This document shows, one piece after another, positions 56,869 through 64,000 of a DNA stretch of 64,000 nucleotides (the stretch's first letter is position 1; each line of letters starts with the position of its first letter). A program made the position numbers and the translations under genes. The stretch spans positions 46,688,001 to 46,752,000 of the forward strand of contig OZ076413.1 of the NCBI GenBank assembly GCA_964187785.1, in the 5' to 3' direction. Below the pieces are notes generated by a model. The model made no database searches, was not told the origin of the DNA, and saw only the letters and a list, made by a program, of their open reading frames with translations. This DNA comes from Amphiscolops sp. MND2022 (lineage: Eukaryota).

Positions 56869-57260
56869 AACAAGCTGGTACCGGCCCAAGTCGGTGCCAT
56901 ATCTAAGGCTTCAAAATAGCAAAAGGACTTCAAAGTGTCAAAGTATTCTATTCTACAGCACCCAAAAAAAAGTTTCAAGTCACACAATGCCGGAAAAAAC
57001 TGAAGGGGGACTCTTTCGGGTTTTTCAACATCCATTCTGTCGCAAACATCAAAAAAAATGAAAGGAAACCCTTTAGTCTCGCTCGGTAATGTATGTTACA
57101 CGGAAAAAGTAAAAACTATTTTGGTTCAGTTTGCTAGGCCAAATGGTTCAATTTGACGCCATAAAATGTTGTAGAACTTGTAGAACTTTTTGGTCACTTC
57201 AGGTGTATCGGAAAAAAAACACTGACGAAAAGCCATGACGATAGTCGACTCTACAAAAGC
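56869..57260 (-). mobile_element. HINE/DINE-1-like copy, partial
   Basis: AACAAGCTGGTACCGGCCCAAGTCGGTGCCATATCTAAGGC matches the end of the copy at 38328. Confidence 0.65.
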
Positions 57261-59223
57261 TTCCTATTTTGTATGTCTAGAGCACTGTCATGGATGACCA
57301 AAAACACTGCAAATCGCAAATATTTCCAAAATTTGTTTCGAGTATTAAGTACAGAAAATGGTCTCTACAATTATAACAACGAGTCCGTGAAAAGTACATG
57401 CAAAAGAAGGAGTTCTTTTGAGTGGAATTAAGAACAGTTGATGAATGCTAACCATTTTTCATTTTGTATTTGGAAGGTTTTGTGAAACAAACTTCCATTC
57501 ATGACGTCATTAGAGCATATTATAAGGGAAAAAAAGAAACCCATTAGAATTCATATTTCTTTTTATATCAAAAAATCTCATTTTCATTTCACACGCATCC
57601 TCCTTCGTATGAGCGCATTTTGTAAAATTCCGGGGGTGGTGATAAATGGAATCGCATAATTTGGCTATCTTGGTTCTTTGAATTCCATACAACGAATTTT
57701 ACGTAACTTCAATATTATCTCTAGGGGTTGCTATATAGTTATAACTGTTCATGACTGGTAATCTAATTAGGAAAGGACAAAACGTAAAGTCAGCGTTTCC
57801 AAAAGAATCAGGCAACCAAGGTTGTTTCTGATTGAGATATGCTGGACCATGAAAGTAACTGAATTGTCTTGAAAATGAAACACGATTTCAAATTTGCCCT
57901 CGAATTAGACTTTATCGTCCTCAATATTTCAGTCTCGCGAAAACAAACTTCTACAATGTTGGCGTTGGAAAGTTATAACAACCGCTGTATGAAACCACTG
58001 TCTTGTTTTCCTTTTAAATAGACTGCAATAAGAACTTATAACTTACCCATTCAACGTGTGCCAAATCCGAAACCTTTGGTTTTTTATTGTTAAGCAAATG
58101 GTGAATGTTGTTATTAGAATTCAACAAATAAGTTTGAGAAAGTCTTGGAGATATTTTGGCATTTATTTGAGTTGTTTTAGGCTTGATCTGATTCTATAAT
58201 CAACTTGAACGTCTGCTGCAATGAACTGCAAAGATTACCAACTACAATAAACAGGCTTGGGAAAAGTTCGCCTCAATATTCTTTCGAAATGCGTTCTGTA
58301 AGGGAAGGTCGTTGCTGGTTTAATAAAATTTTTCGATCCCATACACCCAAAGACTTGGCCGAAACACAAGAACCCGATGAAATGATTGTCAGTCACCTAT
58401 TGAATCAAAGAGTTTCAGAGTTGCAGAGAATTTCTAAAAATCCGAATCTTAGTTTTTTTTACTTTTGAATTATGAATTATGTAGATTGTGCCCTTATATT
58501 GATTGGGCAAATAAGTGAACTGAATTATTGAAACGGTTATAAAAGGTTTTGAAAAGTTTTAAAAACAACAAAAAAGAACTTCTTTTCTTAGAAAATAATT
58601 CTTTTGTCTAGTATAGTGCGATAAAGGTCGGATCATAAGTTTTAGCTCTAGAGTATAGTTATAGCGAAAACGTTTCTAATACGTAAACTGCAATGGTGTT
58701 TTAAGGGAAAGCCACAAAATGGCCAGTTCTTAGGCATAACAAAACGGCCGATTTTAAAACGTAACAAAAAATCTGCTACGGAAACACAAATTTGTTACGT
58801 TGACCAAATCGGCCATTTTTTATTTTGAAAAATAGCCATTTCGTGGTGCAACCGTTCTAAAATTACAACTTAGTTGCATAAAATGTAAAACATCGTTGTC
58901 TAGAATCTCAAAAAATAATCAGCTACGACAATTGTGCTAGGCGTAAAAGTTACTTAGATTTTCAATAGTATTCCAACAGATTTTGTTGCGTACTTCTAAT
59001 TACAAAAAGCCAAAATCAAGAAATTGACCAAAGTAACTGATATATTAGTTTTTCACAATTTTGAAAATGTTCCAATAAAAATTTATGCTCGAATTTGTAA
59101 CAGAAAAATACCCTGAAATTGTTGAAATACGCTCAAATTATTTGTTTTGAAATACAGTCAGCCCGTTTAGGATGGAGGCCATTTTCAGAAGTGCAAATCA
59201 AAATCCAAATACTTATACATGTA

Positions 59224-60413
59224 CCCCAGTCGAACTCCCATACATTTCTTGCAAGAATCTTGCAGAAGTGGTACATATCAGACACTATCTGCAAGAATCT
59301 TGGATTTCAGACAAACCTGTCAGATTCTTGCAGATCAGACATTTCTTGCAGATTCAGACGTTTCTTGCAAGATTCTTGCAGGTCAAGACATTTCTTGCAA
59401 GATTCTTGGACGGATCTTGCGAGACAATGTCTGAAACTTGAAAGATATTCTGCAAGAAAATGTCTGGAATGTACGGAAAACGCCGAGATTGTTTTTTCAA
59501 ATAAACCAATTTTAAACCAAGAATAAGTTCAAAATGAATCTGAATTGAATGTCTCATATATGAAAGTCGCACGGACTTAGCTGTGACCAAAGTTATTGGA
59601 ATATGATGTTTATTTTAGAACACTCGGTTTTGGAAGCTGCACATTTGCCACAATTGTGACCTAGTACAGCCGCCTGAGCTGTGCCCTAACTTGCGAGGAT
59701 CTTGATGAAGGAGCTACTCAAGTGTACATGTACAGTGAGATGAAACATACGTCAGTGCATCCAGAAATTGTTCAGGTGGAAACAATTTCTGCTACTGCTT
59801 GCTATACAACAGGTGCAGCCTAGAAGGTAGTCTTATTCTTATGAAGACGAAAGCAGCAGACTACCTGCAGAGTGATTCGTCAAAGTTTGGACATTCGGTC
59901 CACTACCTGCAGAGTGATTCGTCGAAGTTTGGACATTCGGTCCACTTGACAGCAACAACAAACTTGAATCGCATATGTCGAACGAACTCTTAATCTTTGA
60001 ATACATGTACATATTTATCTTTATCTTCATCTATATTTGTTTTGCTGAAGCTGTAAAAATCTTTCATTTGGAAATTTTCAGACTCTTTTTTCAATTTATT
60101 TTCAAGATTCAAGCATTTTCTTCCAAGTTACTCTCAAGGTTCAGGCATTTTCTTCCAAGTTACTTCCAAGATCAGGCATTTTCTTCCAAGATATTTCCAA
60201 GATCAGACATTTTCTTCCAAGTTACTTCCAAGATCAGGCATTTTCTTCCAAGTTACTTCCAAGATCAGATATTTTCTTGCAAGATCTTACAAGACCAGAC
60301 ATTATCTTCCAAGATCTTCCAAGATACCTGCAAGAATAATGCATTGTCTTCCAAGATCTTGGAAGTGAAATCTGACAGATTTTTGCAGAAAATGTATGGG
60401 AGTTCGACTGGGG
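59224..60413. mobile_element. CCC-ended MITE (1190 bp) with TA flanks
   Basis: Perfect 24-bp TIR CCCCAGTCGAACTCCCATACATTT. CTTGCAAG and TTCCAAG subterminal arrays. Internal tandem duplication of about 42 bp at about 59861-59945. Confidence 0.88.
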
Positions 60414-63400
60414 TAATTATTGGTGGTTCAAAACTTTGGCGACTTTTTACTTTTTTCGATCACAAAAACAACAAGTCATTCAGGCAACAACCGGGATGTT
60501 TTCAGCGTATTTTGCCTTGAAAACCATTGTAGTTACCTTTTGTGGATATTTTTGTTGTCGAAAACAACCAAAGAAATGAACAGAACCTGCATTAAATATC
60601 AAAATTTGAACATTATTGTTTGGTCCTGTGGGGCTAATGTGTGTTTTCTCAATAATTTTTGATAATACTTTTTTCAGCTGTGTGTGATTTTTTACGATTT
60701 TTTTATTGCAGTTAATCGCCTTTGGTTAATTTCGACACTGTGCAACTTCGAACGAAAATAGTTTTCGGGAAAAGGAAAAATTCGGGAGTTCATATTTTCA
60801 GTCAAGAAAAAGCTTTTTGCCCCTTGAAAGGTCCTACCTTCGAACTGCTCGGCTGTCAATTTTCCGTCAACTTTAGCTAGAAATGGTTTTTCGTGAATTC
60901 TGCAGTTTCTGTCGCATTTTATTTCAGAACTGCCCGACTCTTACACGGCCAAGTTTTTTGTCCGACCACAGACTTCACACTGAATTGTCCACTTTTCACA
61001 GGCTTTACGCCAGTAAAGACGACACCTGTTTCTACTGAAATTCCATTTTCATTTTTTGGGTTTGCAGCTTGAATCAATTGAAATAGCTACAATTTTTTCC
61101 AGCTGAATAAATCAAAATATATATATTTTTCATTTGATTCGAACACTGTCAACATTGTTTTTATATAATCGAGTCAAGGATGAATTTTGGATGGAAATCC
61201 ATGCGGGGTAACCCGGGGAACTATTGAAATAACATTGCATTAGATGAATTCTCAATCCAGAATGTGGTCGCGCCGTTTGTTTGTATTTGGCGCACGTCGT
61301 CGAAAGGCATGCCTCGGCATGCCTACGGACGGTGGGTGTTGATTGAGAATTGAATGGTTCGAAAGTTTCTTCACATACAGCTTATAGTTGAGTTATAAAA
61401 ATAGGATCCACGAGATAACCCGATTACATACAGATTTTGGACGGGCAGTTGTCTCTTTCTCACAAGTACAGATTAGTAGTATATCGTTGCATTATCTAAG
61501 GCAGTCGAGCAAAATTGAAATAGTTGTCCTTGAAAATTGAAAACAGAAGTTGATAATTGAGTGACAGCTTATCTCATAAATAGGGATACCTTATTCAATT
61601 CATTCCGGAAGTTCTCAAAAAAATTACAACCTTTCCTTTTCGTTTAGGGGAAATGCAAGTTAGTTTCCCACACTACTTTGTACACTCGACAAACTGAATC
61701 AATGAGAAATAACAAAGAATCAACTGTGCGATTTCTCATTTCTTTTTGCCAAATTTAGTATCAACACTGGTGCGACAATTCCAATTGACGCTTAAATCGA
61801 ATTTTCCAATTTTTGTCGAGTTCAGACGCTAAACGGGGTAACATGGCATGAAGTGAGGTGTAGGGTTTTTCGTTATTTGAGAGGTTGGTTCAGTTGGCAT
61901 TTCGAGCCACCTGAAACCAACCTGATTCGAACGTTAGGACTCAATCCTTTTCTGATCGAAGGTGTCTGAGAAAAAAAATCGACTAAATTTCAACTACTCA
62001 AGTCCACTTGTTTGCAAAGCAACAGCTATTCTATTGAGACGACCTGCTTTCAGATTCCCGTTGTGATTTATCTCGCAGACCCAAAAAATCAGGTTATCAG
62101 CTTTGGAGACACAACAGGGTTCTCACCATATACCTTGTGGAATCAATTAGGACTTTCAAAGAAATCGGTTACTTTGCAAGCATTTCAGAACGTGGTTGGG
62201 CCTGCGTTCTTTTTGCCAGTGTTAAACCTCAATGAAAAGCACTTTGGTTTGAGCACGATGCTGCCCTGTGTGACATTTGAAACGCATGCTAGATTAGAAA
62301 CTCTTGAAAATTCAAAAAAAGTCCTTCACGTTTTGGACTCTTGAACGATACAAAAGCTTGATGTTTTTCACGTGGTTGTCATTGCTTTTTACAGATTTAC
62401 TATTTTTTTTCTCTTCTCATTTTGGACGCTTCAATTTTACAATTGTTCGATGGTTTTTACTTGGCTATAAGGCTTTATCACTCTTACGACATAAAAATTG
62501 TATGGAGTGAGAGAATTAAGTTGAACCCCAGACTTGGAAAGCTCAATTTCAGCTCCATATTTCATTAGATTGCTTTGCTTTTTCGGGTTGCCTACGAAGT
62601 ATCAATGAAAACGGGACTTTCATTGTTTGTGACAACCAATTTGAAGCGATATGGTGACACCTTCTAACAAATCAATGTCTTTGTTCGCAAAAAGACGATG
62701 TTGAACGCTTTGTTTGAAACGATGTATCGCACTGGCTACTTTTTTCAAATAATTAAACCTGTTCTAATGGTCACACAATGTCTTCAACGGAAACGCATCA
62801 TTAGTAAATTTAAGGTTCAGTTGAAAACTTTTTGATTGTTTCAAATTGTATGATCAACTAGTTTCGGATTACAATGTGAACCAGCACAATAAATATGTCA
62901 AGAACATTTTGAAATGCACGTTCGCGAAGAACCTGGAAACTATCAACTCAACTAAATCGTCGCGGAAGCCTGAAAATCGAAACTAGAAACTAAAATTTTT
63001 GCGGACAATCAGAACCTTAAATTGGTTTATTTAATACAAAATAATATTACATAATTACGGCGGATATTCACGTATTTAAAACTATTACATAGCAATATTT
63101 ATATCTCACAGCATACAGCACTTCATGAGAAACAGATTATATTGCTTATATAGAATCTCAGCAACAAACGTGGATAAAATAATTTGCAGATTTTAACCAT
63201 TTAACGTTCAAAAGTCACAAAAGAGGGTATCACTCGCATTTCCGGGCATCCGGTAGAGATCGTGATTTCTGAAGTTCATGTTCTAAACAGCACTCAGTGT
63301 GTTTTTGAATTGATCTACAGCCCACAGCATCCAACGAGCAAGTCTTAATGTTTCATGGCGCAAAAAACTGTTTAAATTAGAGCTGAAGCAGTTTTATATT

Positions 63401-64000
63401 CAACAATGTCAACAATGGCCAATTCCGGTCCAATGGGTCGTTTGGACGGAATGTAATGGAATAATTGATGTGCTACGTAAGGCTTTTCGGATTCTCGCTG
63501 AAGAGCGGCACATTCAAGTGCAACAATCGTTGCGCGAACTTTGCTTTTCGCCTCGAAATTGCATCAAAAGTGTCTGCTTTGCATTAAAAATGACACTTTT
63601 TGACCATTTCCGGTCCAAGGAGATCATTTCCGGTGCATCTTCTGGTCACTTCCGGTAGAGTGAGGGACTGGTGTTTAGAAAGTACAAGGGTACCACGATG
63701 CTCATGAGCTTCAAACTTGGTCAAATGTGCACGTGTCACTTTTGCAACACAGAAAAGGGAGGCGTGACCCCTGTTTCCGGTGAGGGGGTGATAGGTGGGG
63801 GCTCAAATGATAATGTTCCTAGAAGGGCTTTGTCTAAACCGACTTTTAGTATATAGCTGTCAACGCGCTCAACCCACTCCTTCACACCGGAAATAGGCTC
63901 TGACTTCATCCAAAAAAGTCGAAAATTGCGACCGGAAGTGATAAAATGGGCATTTCCAGCGTGGGGGTGATATGAGCGAAAATTGAAAAACATCATTAGC

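Noticed and set aside
59119..60520. ORFs of 135 aa and 181 aa
   Set aside because: They arise from stop-poor subterminal repeat arrays of the MITE.
63600..64000. Element with CACTTCCGGT motifs similar to 48470-48790
   Set aside because: Only short shared motifs, and it is cut by the window edge, so it cannot be delimited or classified.

Overview
AT-rich eukaryotic (probably invertebrate animal) repeat-dense region. I recognise no host gene, rRNA, intact tRNA or CRISPR array. The main feature is a young giant Ty3/Gypsy LTR retrotransposon (888-19853, minus strand, about 19 kb, LTRs about 99% identical). Its gag-pol, once about five lesions are repaired, is about 3,200 aa: N-terminal coiled coil, capsid, 2 CCHC knuckles, a degenerate plus an intact aspartic protease, a dUTPase-like segment, RT, RNase H and integrase. 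The integrase continues into a C-terminal extension with AT-hook motifs, a Cys cluster and two tandem TARG1/Poa1p-like macrodomains. In the env position there is a second disrupted ORF of about 1,380 aa with an SGNH/GDSL-hydrolase-like domain. The rest of the window holds a decayed full-length CR1/L2-type LINE, a 6.3-kb Mutator-like element with a 9-bp TSD enclosing an open 785-aa Gag-like ORF with its PBS, a hAT deletion derivative, Helentron-type (HINE/DINE-1-like) repeats, several MITEs and two long spacerless palindromes. All domain calls come from motif recognition by eye and need HMM or structure confirmation.
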